Assembly: GCA_965223545.1 (NCBI GenBank)
Contig: OZ245006.1
Coordinates: 7,840,001 to 7,904,000 of the forward strand
Direction: 5' to 3'
Length of the DNA stretch: 64,000 nt
Source: Planctomycetota bacterium
GTDB lineage: Bacteria > Planctomycetota > UBA1135 > UBA2386
Shown here: positions 1-9,845 of the stretch, in pieces
Layout of the letters: every line of letters begins with the position of its first letter
Position numbering within the stretch: the first letter of the stretch is position 1
The notes under the pieces: model-generated
What the model was told of the DNA's origin: nothing
What the model saw: only the letters and a program-made list of their open reading frames with translations
The model's database searches: none
Translations under genes and position numbers: made by a program

Positions 1-15
1 GATGCAGCCCGGGGG

Positions 16-300
16 GTGAGCTGGCTGGCGTGGGAGTGGCGGCACGGCAGGATCATCCGACGTACATCCACTCGTGACCGTTGGGCGGACCTTGGGCAGG
101 TTGTGGCCGTGCGAGCGTTTCGCGTCGATGGGCGCTCGGACGTCTACTACGGTCACGACTACATCTGGCCCGATGGCGACGGGTTCGCGCAGGGTGAGAC
201 CCCGCCTGTAGGCGTAGAGTCCCGGCCCGGTCGCTTGTTGAGTGACCGGCGCTGGGAGCGTCTGCGTGCGCGCGTGCATGCGGCGGAGGCCCCGGCGTGA
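16..300 (+). CDS. Phage hypothetical protein (94 aa)
   Basis: GTG start; GTGA overlap with the next gene. Confidence 0.65.
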   Translation: MSWLAWEWRHGRIIRRTSTRDRWADLGQVVAVRAFRVDGRSDVYYGHDYIWPDGDGFAQGETPPVGVESRPGRLLSDRRWERLRARVHAAEAPA

Positions 301-3300
301 CCGTCGAGTACCGGCAAACGGACACGGCCGCGACCCACGGGTCTGCGGCCTATTGCTCCGGACTGTCCGCGGCCCAGACTGAGGTCAACAAGGCAGCCTC
401 GGTCGGCGGTGCCGCAGGTACCGCCACGCTCACGGCTCAAACGAACAGCGAGGGCACTCGCTACGCGGTCATTTGGGAGACCGATGCGGTTGGGGATGTC
501 GGCGCCTGGCCCGCGTCCACGGCGACGGTCCGACTCAACATCACCACCGGCAACTCGAATGTCTCCGTCACAGAGGTCTACCTGTGCCGCGTCAATTCCT
601 CGGGAACCTCGCAGGGGACATGGGGCAGCAGCACGGGTCTGACTACCTCGTGCACGTCGGGCGTCAAGAGCTGGAGCGTCACGACGAGCGAGATGACAGC
701 GGGGCAAGGTGTCTCGTCGACCGACCGTCTGGTCGTCGTGATCGGCATCGCCCGCACGGGGGGGCATGGCGGTCAGTCGTTCGATTGGCAGTCGGATCAG
801 CTCATCACGACGCCCTTCACAGCGGCGACGGTTCTGACGCCATCGGCGCAGGAGGCGACGAGCTCGACGGTTGCCCCCACGCTCTCGCGCGTCGTCACCG
901 TTCCTACGCAGGAAGCGACGACATCAGCCCCGAACCCGACAGCTACAACCAACACAACGGTTGTGGTCTCCGCGATAGAGGCGACGACTAGCACGCCATC
1001 GCCTGTCGCCGGAACCTTCACGCCCGCGCAAGGCGTGTGGCGCTGGTACTCGGATGCAACGCCGGATGGCAGCATGACGGCGCTGGCGGCGGAGAACATG
1101 GCGCCGACGTTGACGGCTGCGCAACTTGAGAACGGAACGCTGCGGTTACGCGTCCGACTCATCGAGCAGGGCGGAATATCGGGGTCGGATGTGGCGGCAG
1201 CCCTGCAGTATTCGCATGACGACGTCGAGTGGTCTCAGCTAGGGGACCAGGGCGACGCAGATGCGTACTGGTTCCGATACGAGGATGGCGCAGCAGTCGC
1301 CGGAGCAACTGTCGGCTCGACCCTGCTCTCGGGAGCATCGACAAAGGGTAAGTACCACGAAACGGCAGTAGGGACCGAGAGTCTCTCGGCCAACGGCGAT
1401 CTAGAGGTCGATTTTGCGATTCGCGCACGGTGGCCGTGCGAAGGATCGGTCTCGTTCCGTATGGTGCTTGGTGGCACGTCCGTGCCGCTTGACACAGGAG
1501 CGTCCTACCCAGGTGTAGTGATCCCTGGTACGCCGACTCGACGCCACTCGATCACTTCACTAGGCTTCACCGATGTCTCGACGGCAAACGTCGAGCTTCG
1601 ACAATCTCCGGTCAACCACGGCTTCTACCATGCAGACCGGTTCTGGGTCTTCCACGCGGTTGCGACCGGGCTAGACCCCTTGATTCGCTACCGCCACTGG
1701 TCCGGCCCAGGATCTGAGTGGTCGTCCGAAGCCTCATTTTCAAGCGGCGACACATCTACGAATCAGGGCAAGATCCGAGTGGCGCTCTGGGGCGCGACGG
1801 ATCGGGTGTACGTCCTCAACGGGAACAACAACGGGAGCAGCGATCGTTACCTGAACCGTGGCACGATCAGTGGCGGCACGATCACGTGGGATGGGAACAC
1901 GACCGTCAACGCGGAATGGGCCAACGACGGGAATGGGCTGAGCCTCGACGATGGGGGACACATTTGGGTTGGCGGCGTGCGAGGGACGGCCGGTGATCAG
2001 CTGTGGGCTCGGCGCTCAACAAACGCGGACAGCCTCTCCGCGTTTGAATCCACGCACACCGTTGCGACACCGAACACTGTAACCGTCCATCGCGGTGCGG
2101 CGTGCATCGGCCTGGCCTCAGGGAAGGCAATTGTCATCTATCACGATGACGTGGATTCAAAGATCAAGTCCGCCACCGTTTCCAACGACGGATTTGGGAC
2201 TGTCACCACAGCGATCGCCAGCACTGCCGCACACGACATGGACTGGGGGGTGGCGCGTGGTGGCGGACACGTGTTCCTTGTGCACACGGACTCGGCATCT
2301 AACGGCGGAGATCTGAAGCTCAGGGTATTCGACGAATCAAGCGAGACCTGGTCAACTGCGACGACCCCTCCAACCGGTACAGCGAATCGACCTATAGGGA
2401 CGGACGATCAGGTCGCATTACAAGTTTGCGGCGACGATCTGCTGGTCTACTTCGTGGTACGCGATCCTCTTGGGGGAGACGATCGCGTTGTCAAGATGCT
2501 GCGGTACACGGGGCTCGGGCCGTCGGGTACATGGGATGCAGCCGTCACGATCTCTGAAGGAGATCGGGGGAGAATCGATCGGATCTCGTCGATCTACGGG
2601 GTAGACGCGCCTGCCGCGCTCTGCTTTGCCCAGTTCGGCTACGACGGCAGTGCTACCGGCATTCGGAAGTCGCCCATCCAGCTGGAGTATTACACACTGG
2701 CTCGCCCTGAGGTCGGCGCGCAGGAGGTCACCACGACCGTTCTGAGCCCGACGGTCATCACGAGCAGCAACCTCAGTCCTGCACCCCAAGAAGCCACGAC
2801 ATCGACGGGGTCGGTTGGCTTAGCTCGCGACATTGACGTTGGCGCGCAGTCGGTCACGACCGACACGCCGGCGCCGAGCCTTGACCGTGCACTGCCGACC
2901 GGACCGCAGGAGGCGTCGACCTCGACCACTGCGGTTGGCCTCTCGCGAGTCATCCAAGTCGGGGCGATCACTGCGACGACGGATACCGTTGCCGTCGGTC
3001 TTGACCGCCACCTGACGGTTGGCGCGCAGGAGGTGACGACGTCCGAGGCCGCGGTTGCGCTGCAGCGCACGGTCGCGGTCGGGAGTCAGGAGGCGACGAC
3101 CTCGAGCCCGGCAGTGGGCGAAGACCGCGCGCTGCCTGTTTCAGGCGAGGAGGCAACCGCGTCGACCGGTGCGGTGACGGTGCTCGAGGCTTCGAACCTG
3201 ACGCCGGCAGCCCAAGAGGTGACCACTGACACGCCTACAGTCGGGCTCGCCAGGACCATATCGGTCCCGTCGCTGGAGGTGGCGACCGACGCCCCCGCGG

Positions 3301-4682
3301 TTGGACAAGACCGGGCTTTGTCGGTTGCGCCGCAGTCCGCGGCAACCGACACGACTGCCGTTGGGGAGGACCGAGCGGTCGCGGCCACGGCCCAGGAGGC
3401 GACGACCTCGACCGGATCGGTCACGGTGGTGGGGTCCTCGGCGCTTGCTCCGGCGGCGCAAGAGGCGGTCACCGACACGCCGGCCGTTGGCCTGAACCGG
3501 ACACTGACCGTCCCGGCGCAAGAGGCGTCCGCAACGACGGCAGACCCGGGCCTGAGTCGCTCTCTCGTCGTGGGGGCTCAGGAGGCCACGGCAGACACTA
3601 CGGCTGTTGACGAGCTGCGCACGATCGCGGTGCCTGCCCAGACCGCGACCACAGACACGCCGGCGGTCGGAGAGGACCGAACCCTCGCAGTGAGTGCTGA
3701 GACGGCAACGGCCTCGACCGGCGCCGTCACCCCAACCACTGAGACCATAGTCTCGGTGCCGGCGGTAGAGGCCACGACGTCGACCGTCGACCCGGCGCCG
3801 CAGAGGCTCCTGACTCCAGCGGCTCAGGAGGCAGTGGCAAGCACGGTCGACCCGACCTTGGCCCGCACGCTCCAAGTGCCGCCCGAGTCGGTGACGACTG
3901 ATGCGCCGGCCGCAGAGCCCCAGCGGACCCTGCCGGTGTCGGCCGAGGAGGCCACCGCGACCACTGGCTCGGTCTTGGTGCAGGGAAGCGCCGCGGTCTC
4001 GGTGCCGGCGCAGGAGGCGACCACCGATGCGCTGGCTCCTACGGTCCAGCGCACGGTCACGGTTCCGGCGCAGGAGGCGACAACCTCGGCGCCGGCCGTG
4101 GGGCAGAGTCGGATCGTGGCCGTCGGAGTCATCACGGTCACAACGTCGACAACGACTGTGGTCACCGGTACCGCCGAAACCAAAGGCGTCCTAGCGCAGG
4201 AAGCGGTCACGGACACGCCAGCGCCCGGGATCAACCGCACGATCGCGGTCGGGCCCATCGACCTGGTCACCGAGGCGCCCAACATGGGGCCGTTCGCGCT
4301 CGGAGTCGACGGGCTGCTGCTCAGCACTCTGGTGCTCGAGCCGACCGTCACGCGGACGATCTCGGTGTCGGCGCAGGAGGCGACCACCGATGCTCCTGCG
4401 GTCGCGGATGTCTTCCCCTCCATCACGCCCCCGGCGCCCGAGGCCACAACCTCCACGGCCGCCCCGGTCGTTACGCGTCAGATCCCCGTTGCTTGCATCG
4501 AGGCCACGACCGAGGTGGCTGCCCCGTCGGGTATTGGCGCGATCACGACTCGCACGGTCACGACTACCGGCGAGTGGAGCAAGCCAGTAGTCTTTGCCCC
4601 CGGAGATCGCTGGATGGTCCAAGTCGATGGGCCCGCAACCGATGACGTGAGCGTCTCGGTCGGGCTTCACTTCGGAGACTGA
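297..4682 (+). CDS. Large virion fibre-like protein with ~20-aa T/A/V-rich repeats and a central beta-rich domain
   Basis: 1461 aa; repeats like PAQEATTDTPAVGLxRTLxV; lies just upstream of the holin-like gene. Confidence 0.75.
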   Translation: MTVEYRQTDTAATHGSAAYCSGLSAAQTEVNKAASVGGAAGTATLTAQTNSEGTRYAVIWETDAVGDVGAWPASTATVRLNITTGNSNVSVTEVYLCRVNSSGTSQGTWGSSTGLTTSCTSGVKSWSVTTSEMTAGQGVSSTDRLVVVIGIARTGGHGGQSFDWQSDQLITTPFTAATVLTPSAQEATSSTVAPTLSRVVTVPTQEATTSAPNPTATTNTTVVVSAIEATTSTPSPVAGTFTPAQGVWRWYSDATPDGSMTALAAENMAPTLTAAQLENGTLRLRVRLIEQGGISGSDVAAALQYSHDDVEWSQLGDQGDADAYWFRYEDGAAVAGATVGSTLLSGASTKGKYHETAVGTESLSANGDLEVDFAIRARWPCEGSVSFRMVLGGTSVPLDTGASYPGVVIPGTPTRRHSITSLGFTDVSTANVELRQSPVNHGFYHADRFWVFHAVATGLDPLIRYRHWSGPGSEWSSEASFSSGDTSTNQGKIRVALWGATDRVYVLNGNNNGSSDRYLNRGTISGGTITWDGNTTVNAEWANDGNGLSLDDGGHIWVGGVRGTAGDQLWARRSTNADSLSAFESTHTVATPNTVTVHRGAACIGLASGKAIVIYHDDVDSKIKSATVSNDGFGTVTTAIASTAAHDMDWGVARGGGHVFLVHTDSASNGGDLKLRVFDESSETWSTATTPPTGTANRPIGTDDQVALQVCGDDLLVYFVVRDPLGGDDRVVKMLRYTGLGPSGTWDAAVTISEGDRGRIDRISSIYGVDAPAALCFAQFGYDGSATGIRKSPIQLEYYTLARPEVGAQEVTTTVLSPTVITSSNLSPAPQEATTSTGSVGLARDIDVGAQSVTTDTPAPSLDRALPTGPQEASTSTTAVGLSRVIQVGAITATTDTVAVGLDRHLTVGAQEVTTSEAAVALQRTVAVGSQEATTSSPAVGEDRALPVSGEEATASTGAVTVLEASNLTPAAQEVTTDTPTVGLARTISVPSLEVATDAPAVGQDRALSVAPQSAATDTTAVGEDRAVAATAQEATTSTGSVTVVGSSALAPAAQEAVTDTPAVGLNRTLTVPAQEASATTADPGLSRSLVVGAQEATADTTAVDELRTIAVPAQTATTDTPAVGEDRTLAVSAETATASTGAVTPTTETIVSVPAVEATTSTVDPAPQRLLTPAAQEAVASTVDPTLARTLQVPPESVTTDAPAAEPQRTLPVSAEEATATTGSVLVQGSAAVSVPAQEATTDALAPTVQRTVTVPAQEATTSAPAVGQSRIVAVGVITVTTSTTTVVTGTAETKGVLAQEAVTDTPAPGINRTIAVGPIDLVTEAPNMGPFALGVDGLLLSTLVLEPTVTRTISVSAQEATTDAPAVADVFPSITPPAPEATTSTAAPVVTRQIPVACIEATTEVAAPSGIGAITTRTVTTTGEWSKPVVFAPGDRWMVQVDGPATDDVSVSVGLHFGD
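2709..4540 (+). repeat. About 30 in-frame ~60-nt repeat units (QEATT-type)
   Basis: Periodic CAGGAGGCGAC-like motif; 20-23 aa period in the translation. Confidence 0.85.
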
Positions 4683-4686
4683 GACC

Positions 4687-4968
4687 ATGAGACGAGGAGT
4701 GCGGACCAGCGAATTCTGGCTGGCGCTGTTTGTGGCGGTCGCCTCCGCGATCCCTGCCGCATGGGCTACCTCGCCCTGGGCGCAGGCGGCCGGTGCGATC
4801 GCTGCGGCGCTTGCGTCCATGGGCTACGGGATGGCGCGGGCCGAGGTGAAGAAGGCGGAGCAGAAGGCGACCCTCGGGGCGCCGGCCGCTCCGTTCACTT
4901 TCACGACTAGTTCAGGTGGTCATGGCCCCTGGCGCCCGGGGCCGGGCTCCACAGGAGGAGTGTCGTGA
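4687..4968 (+). CDS. Holin-like small membrane protein
   Basis: 93 aa; TSEFW motif, two hydrophobic helices, basic tail. Confidence 0.65.
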   Translation: MRRGVRTSEFWLALFVAVASAIPAAWATSPWAQAAGAIAAALASMGYGMARAEVKKAEQKATLGAPAAPFTFTTSSGGHGPWRPGPGSTGGVS

Positions 4969-5213
4969 GACGGCTCTGTGCGGCGGTTTTTTTGGCTCTT
5001 TCGCTCACCAGCTGCGCCGACCTCCGTCCCGACGCCGCCTACGTGCGGGCTGACCGAGCTCGGTTCGACGTGATCGAGCCGATCGTGCGCGCACTCGCGG
5101 ACGAGGACCCGGCCAACGATCCCGACCTTCGGTCCAGCAACGGCCTGGCCCTGTTGGCGCTCCTCGACGGCTGGCGCGTCCAGCTCGAGGCTGCAGAGAG
5201 GGCGAATCGATGA
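4965..5213 (+). CDS. Small lipoprotein (possible spanin-like)
   Basis: Signal MRRLCAAVFLALSLTS-C with lipobox; GTGA coupling. Confidence 0.65.
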   Translation: MRRLCAAVFLALSLTSCADLRPDAAYVRADRARFDVIEPIVRALADEDPANDPDLRSSNGLALLALLDGWRVQLEAAERANR

Positions 5214-5518
5214 GTAGGGTGTCCACGTTCGTCGAATCCGTGCGCGACGACATCGACGCCAGCCTGCAACGCTTCCTGGAGGAGGACACGCCGGAGATCC
5301 GCGCCATCGCGCACCGGCTCGTCGAGATCTCAGCAGAGGTCGCCGTGGACCGGATGACGGGCATCGATACGTCGGTGGCCGAGAGAGCGATCGCGGCGAC
5401 GTACCTCGAGCTCGCGAGCGCGACGAGCACCGAGACCGCCGCGGCGGTGGTGGGCCTGGCGACTCGGATCCTCAGGGGCGCAACCGGTGTTGCCCTACGG
5501 GTGGTGGCGGGGCTGTGA
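5210..5518 (+). CDS. Phage hypothetical helical protein
   Basis: ATGA and GTGA overlaps on both sides. Confidence 0.65.
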   Translation: MSRVSTFVESVRDDIDASLQRFLEEDTPEIRAIAHRLVEISAEVAVDRMTGIDTSVAERAIAATYLELASATSTETAAAVVGLATRILRGATGVALRVVAGL

Positions 5519-6075
5519 GCTTTCCCGAGCACATCGAGTGGCTCATCGGAGCGCTCACAGCGTTCGTCGCCGGCTGTGCCGCGGTCCTGAAGTCGCTGAA
5601 GGGGCTCCAGACCAAGGTTGATGAGGTCGCCTACGAGACGCAGCCGAACGGTGGGGAGTCAATGCGGGATGCGATCGACGAGATCGGCAAGCGCATCGCT
5701 CACCTGGAGGCTCGATCGGCCGCATCGATGCGCGCCATGCTCGATACGACTTCGGAGCCCTGGTGGGAGAGCGACGCCGAGGGCGAGTGCCTGTTCATCA
5801 ACCGCGCAATGGAGCGGCTGACGGGAATGGGCCGGTCAGAGGCTCGCGACCACGGGTGGGTGAGCTTCTTGCACGTCGATGATCGCGACGCCGTGCGTGA
5901 CGAGTGGTACAGCGCGGCGCGCGAGGGCCGCATGTTCGACATGCGGTATCGATACGTGAATCTGGCGACAGGCGATGTCCATCACGTGCACGCCGTTGCA
6001 CAGCACTACACCGTTGACGGTGTACGGCTCGGGTACTACGGGCGCGCGGTCGTCGAGTCCACGGACGAGCGGTAG
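5515..6075 (+). CDS. Membrane-anchored single PAS/PAC domain protein
   Basis: N-terminal TM helix, PNGGESMRDAID linker, then WESDAEGECLFINRAMERLTG..GWVSFLHVDDR PAS motifs. Confidence 0.85.
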   Translation: MSFPEHIEWLIGALTAFVAGCAAVLKSLKGLQTKVDEVAYETQPNGGESMRDAIDEIGKRIAHLEARSAASMRAMLDTTSEPWWESDAEGECLFINRAMERLTGMGRSEARDHGWVSFLHVDDRDAVRDEWYSAAREGRMFDMRYRYVNLATGDVHHVHAVAQHYTVDGVRLGYYGRAVVESTDER

Positions 6076-6148
6076 GAAAATGCGGCCCCGGGTTTGAGGC
6101 GCCCGAGGCCGCGGAGCTGGGGGCGGTGGACGCCCCGAATGCTGTGGG

Positions 6149-7042
6149 TCAGAACAGCTCGAGATCGACGAGCACCGGGCAGTGGTCGGACGCTTTGGGC
6201 TGGTCCTCGCCAACATCGTCGAACCGCCCGCCTTGATATCTCGTGGCCCGCCAAGGCAGTCCTGAGCGGACGACCTCAGGCGTGGCGTCCGGGTTCGCTT
6301 CGGCCAAAAGACGGCCGCAGAGGATGTAGTCGAGCTGGTTGTACTCGCCACCGCCCGCCCAGTAGTGCGTCCAGCGGTCCTCGGCAGGAAGGCGACCGGC
6401 CAGGTCGACGAGTTCCGGATGGTCGAGCAACGGAGAGAGGGCCGTGCCTTCGCCGCGGTAGTCGTTGAAGTCGCCGACAACCACGAAGTTCGCGGGTATG
6501 CCTGGCTCGTAGTAGTCGTCGATCATCGAGGCCACGGCGGTGACCTGCTCTTCGCGCCGCGGCCGCGTCGCGCTTCGGCCGCCCATCATCGACTTGAAAT
6601 GGTTGACGAAGAGCGAGAGCACCTTGCCGCCGACGTTGATGTCGACCTCCAAACAGTCGCGCGAAAACAGCCAGCTCGTACCCGCGGCATTCCGGTCGTC
6701 GCGGTGTGAGCGGATCGCCACGATGGGGTAGCGGCTCAGGACGCCGACATCGATCTTCCGGGGGTCGTGGCTGTCCACCACGATCCGGTGGCGGTAGCCA
6801 CGACCGCCGAGGTAGCGCGAGTTGAACCGTTCGAGCACCTCGAGACTCTCGACTTCTTGGAGACAGACGACGTCTGCGTCGGTCGCCCTGATCGTCTTCG
6901 CGGTGATCTTCTTGGCGTCGTCGTCGTGCAGGTCGAACGCCAGGTTGTTGATCGTGAACCCGTCGTCGCTGGGGGTGAAGTTGCGGCGGAAGCGGTAACG
7001 GGCGAAGAGGTTCTCGCAGTTGACGGTTGCGATGCGGACCAT
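6149..7042 (-). CDS. Endonuclease/exonuclease/phosphatase (EEP) family protein
   Basis: ATVNCENL, LQEV, NHFKS, GDFND, LDY and SDHCP motifs. Confidence 0.92.
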   Translation of the reverse strand: MVRIATVNCENLFARYRFRRNFTPSDDGFTINNLAFDLHDDDAKKITAKTIRATDADVVCLQEVESLEVLERFNSRYLGGRGYRHRIVVDSHDPRKIDVGVLSRYPIVAIRSHRDDRNAAGTSWLFSRDCLEVDINVGGKVLSLFVNHFKSMMGGRSATRPRREEQVTAVASMIDDYYEPGIPANFVVVGDFNDYRGEGTALSPLLDHPELVDLAGRLPAEDRWTHYWAGGGEYNQLDYILCGRLLAEANPDATPEVVRSGLPWRATRYQGGRFDDVGEDQPKASDHCPVLVDLELF

Positions 7043-7055
7043 GGCTGCCGCACCC

Positions 7056-7394
7056 TCAAGCAGGGCCCCAACCGCCTGGGATCAGGATCCGATTCCCCGG
7101 ACGGACAGTCGGCGCCCAGTCCAACGGGACGATCTCAACGCCGCGGATCCCGGGCCCGGCGACCGCCAGGGCGTCACAGACGAAGTCCTGACGCGCTTCT
7201 GGGAACTCGACGTATTCGTCCAAACTCCCAACCCGCACGGCCTGGACCACTTCTCCCCGATCACTGACCAGCCCCACGCGGTAACCCGGCGACCGTTCGC
7301 CCCACTGCTCCGGTTGTGGCGGCAACCACCGTGGCACAGCAAACGAGGCGCCGAGGGCGCTGAGGAAGTCGCGACGGCATAGTCCGCGCGCCAT
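7056..7394 (-). CDS. Hypothetical protein with Tat-like signal
   Basis: MARGLCRRDFLSALG; start placed at ATG 7394. Confidence 0.55.
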   Translation of the reverse strand: MARGLCRRDFLSALGASFAVPRWLPPQPEQWGERSPGYRVGLVSDRGEVVQAVRVGSLDEYVEFPEARQDFVCDALAVAGPGIRGVEIVPLDWAPTVRPGNRILIPGGWGPA

Positions 7395-7479
7395 CTCGCG
7401 CCCGCCGAGACGGATCAACGCCGCAGACCAAGTCATGCTTCGCTCTCCTGCGGACTGTGAGGCAACATGCCGGTCAAGA

Positions 7480-8196
7480 CTACCACTCTCCAGCGTCATC
7501 ATCGTCATCGTCGGCGACAGCGCCTTCCGGCAGTGCGCCGCCGTTGGCAGCCGCTGGAGTCTCAATCGTCAGGCTCTCGTTCCCGCGAAGTACGAGCAAC
7601 GTCACAAGCTCGCCAGGCTCGAGCGTGAGAAATTGCTCTGCAGCTGGCATCACCCCCACTGCGTTGACCTTGGTCGATTTCCCGTTCACCGCGAGAATGC
7701 GGTCGCCAGCGCGGAGGCCGGCCCCTGCGGAATCGGGTGTGGGCGCCAACACGAAGCCGTCAGAATCGATCGATGCACCGATACAACTCTTGGCGATGCG
7801 GTACAAGCCAACTGCGAAGTGGTTTCGATAATTTGCGTACGATCCAAAGATGCCGTAGCCGTGGTACATCGTCGTCGAGCCTGCGTATTGCGAACCTCGA
7901 AACGTCCAAGCTATGACGTCGGGCTTGTGCTTCTTCGACTTGCTCGTCACCCCTTTCGCACCGAGCCGAGTGATCGTCCCGTGGGTGGAGTACGACGCCG
8001 TGGCGTACGGCACCAGCACAGCGACGCCTTCCTCGAACAGTTGCTCGAGCGGTGCGACGATGGGCGGGTCTTGAGTCTGCTCGACTGCGAGTGCGGACTC
8101 GTAGCACGGTAGCTCGCGCAGCTTCCAGTGGCTGCAGGATGGAAGGAGGGCGAGCAGGAGCAGCGAGCGGCAGGGGGTGAGTATCGGCTGGCTCAT
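7480..8196 (-). CDS. Lipoprotein with C-terminal PDZ-like domain
   Basis: LLLLALLPS-C lipobox; AGLRAGDRILAVNG motif. Confidence 0.75.
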   Translation of the reverse strand: MSQPILTPCRSLLLLALLPSCSHWKLRELPCYESALAVEQTQDPPIVAPLEQLFEEGVAVLVPYATASYSTHGTITRLGAKGVTSKSKKHKPDVIAWTFRGSQYAGSTTMYHGYGIFGSYANYRNHFAVGLYRIAKSCIGASIDSDGFVLAPTPDSAGAGLRAGDRILAVNGKSTKVNAVGVMPAAEQFLTLEPGELVTLLVLRGNESLTIETPAAANGGALPEGAVADDDDDDAGEW

Positions 8197-8283
8197 GGGG
8201 GTGGGTCGATGTTTGGAACGGCGCTCGCCGTCCCAGCTTTCCTCCCCTGCCCCCGCCCCCGGGCTACGAAACGATGTGCTCGG

Positions 8284-8544
8284 CTAACCGGGTGCTGGCT
8301 GGATCGATCGCGAAATCTGCGGGCAATCTCCGAAATTGAAGTTTGCAAGTGTCCACCCGTGCGACGGGACGGGCCATTCTCCGCAGCCATTCCCTTCAGC
8401 ATCCACGTCGAACGTGACAGAAGATGTTTGCTCTCCGCCATCGTCGATGCTGACCGTCACAGAGCTGTTGGGAGGCCGGCCTGAGATGCAGACTGTCGCG
8501 GTTCCGCCGGCGGTGAGTGGGTCGGGGGTGACGCTCAGGGTCAT
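8284..8544 (-). CDS. Small beta-rich hypothetical protein
   Basis: 86 aa; ATGA coupling to the upstream gene. Confidence 0.6.
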   Translation of the reverse strand: MTLSVTPDPLTAGGTATVCISGRPPNSSVTVSIDDGGEQTSSVTFDVDAEGNGCGEWPVPSHGWTLANFNFGDCPQISRSIQPAPG

Positions 8545-8900
8545 CGGAGTTCCTTGCGAAAGTGGTCTTGTTGGATGGAGGCGTCGAGGGCTAAGCCCGG
8601 GTCGTTCTCCGCCTGTCGAATCGCGCGGATTCCGTCGCGGATCGTCGCCGCAAGCTGAAGCAGTGCGGCTTGCCTTCTGCCGTGGGGCTCGCCCGGGGCC
8701 TGAATAATCGAGATGGCTTCACGAGCCGGAAGGCTTGTTCTGCTGCTCCGGCCGTCCCACTTGGCGAACGCATAGCCCGACCCGACCAACGGCGCCGCGC
8801 AAATCAGTATGACCAGCGCCGACCTCAGCGGCCCCGATCGGCGGCGCCTGGGTCGGAAGTCGTCTGGGTAGCGCTGCTCCACTCCCCAGCCCACTAGCAT
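8541..8900 (-). CDS. Single-TM hypothetical protein
   Basis: ATG at 8900 overlaps the repressor stop (TAATG); hydrophobic SALVILICAAPLVG segment. Confidence 0.6.
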   Translation of the reverse strand: MLVGWGVEQRYPDDFRPRRRRSGPLRSALVILICAAPLVGSGYAFAKWDGRSSRTSLPAREAISIIQAPGEPHGRRQAALLQLAATIRDGIRAIRQAENDPGLALDASIQQDHFRKELR

Positions 8901-9391
8901 TAGTTCGGGTCTCCCCTTTGCATCGCTGCCCACTGCTCCCATGCGCCGGGCGCGCGTTCCCGCACGTGCTCCTCACACTGCCGATGCAACGCCTCAGCCT
9001 CTTCCGGTGTGGTCACCCGGAAGGGTGTTGGCACAAGGAACGCAACCTGAAACGGGGGCAGGACCCTCTTGACCAACAGTCCGCGAGCATCCGCGTCGGC
9101 GTTCACGGCCAGCAAGCGTTGGGCGAGGGTTTCGTCAACGACAGCAACCCCACCGAGCAGCTCTGACGGAGGCGTGCCGAGGAGGTAGTTGGCGTCAACC
9201 CGACACCCCTTGCCCTGCAACAGGAGGACGAGGTCGGCCAAGTTGTCAGCGGGTGGTGTCGCCGAACCTGCTTCCCAGTTTTGGAGGGTTTTAAGGCCGA
9301 CGCGGATTGCCTCGGCGGCCTCCTTCTGCGTCAGCCGGGCCTGGCGACGCGCTTTTGCAAGCCGTTGACCGATCGCGATCCTGTCAACCAC
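8900..9391 (-). CDS. XRE-family HTH regulator (probable prophage repressor)
   Basis: IGQRLAKARRQARLTQKEAAEAIRVGLKTLQNWEAG..P; GTG start inferred at 9391. Confidence 0.85.
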   Translation of the reverse strand: MVDRIAIGQRLAKARRQARLTQKEAAEAIRVGLKTLQNWEAGSATPPADNLADLVLLLQGKGCRVDANYLLGTPPSELLGGVAVVDETLAQRLLAVNADADARGLLVKRVLPPFQVAFLVPTPFRVTTPEEAEALHRQCEEHVRERAPGAWEQWAAMQRGDPN

Positions 9392-9468
9392 GAGCGGGAA
9401 TGTCCCACCCGGGCCAGACTCCGGCAAGAACAGCCCCAACAAAACTGGGAAAGGGCGGAATGGTGCGC

Positions 9469-9496
9469 TTGACACACGCCAAAAAGTACGTATCCT
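9469..9496 (+). promoter_or_regulatory. Sigma70-type rightward early promoter
   Basis: TTGACA (9469-9474), 16-bp spacer, TATCCT (9491-9496); divergent from the repressor. Confidence 0.65.
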
Positions 9497-9646
9497 GCCC
9501 CCATCAGTCAAGCCCGGACATGATCCAAACCGCCCACTACGCCCCCGGAAGCCGCGATGCGATCGACATCGTGAGCGCGCAGAAAAACGCCGTAGAGGTG
9601 CTGAGCAGGTTGCAGTCATGGGCTCCGACAGGGAATCCCCGAGAGG

Positions 9647-9823
9647 ATGGTCTATCCCGATCAACGCTCAGTTGGCAGGGGCACGGACGCGCAATCTCGG
9701 GCGAAACCCTTCGCATGGGACGCGAACCCGCCGCGAGAAAGTATCGCAGCGGTCTACCGCAAGTTTGCGCGGCGACGCAAGTTGCGCTCTCGCAACCAGC
9801 TTCTGTCACTCTCCCTGGCCTGA
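9647..9823 (+). CDS. Putative 58-aa Arg-rich peptide (below the ORF track cutoff)
   Basis: MVYPDQ...YRKFARRRKLRSRNQLLSLSLA*; followed by a terminator-like hairpin. Confidence 0.35.
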   Translation: MVYPDQRSVGRGTDAQSRAKPFAWDANPPRESIAAVYRKFARRRKLRSRNQLLSLSLA

Positions 9824-9845
9824 ACGGGCTCCAGGAGGAACGTTC

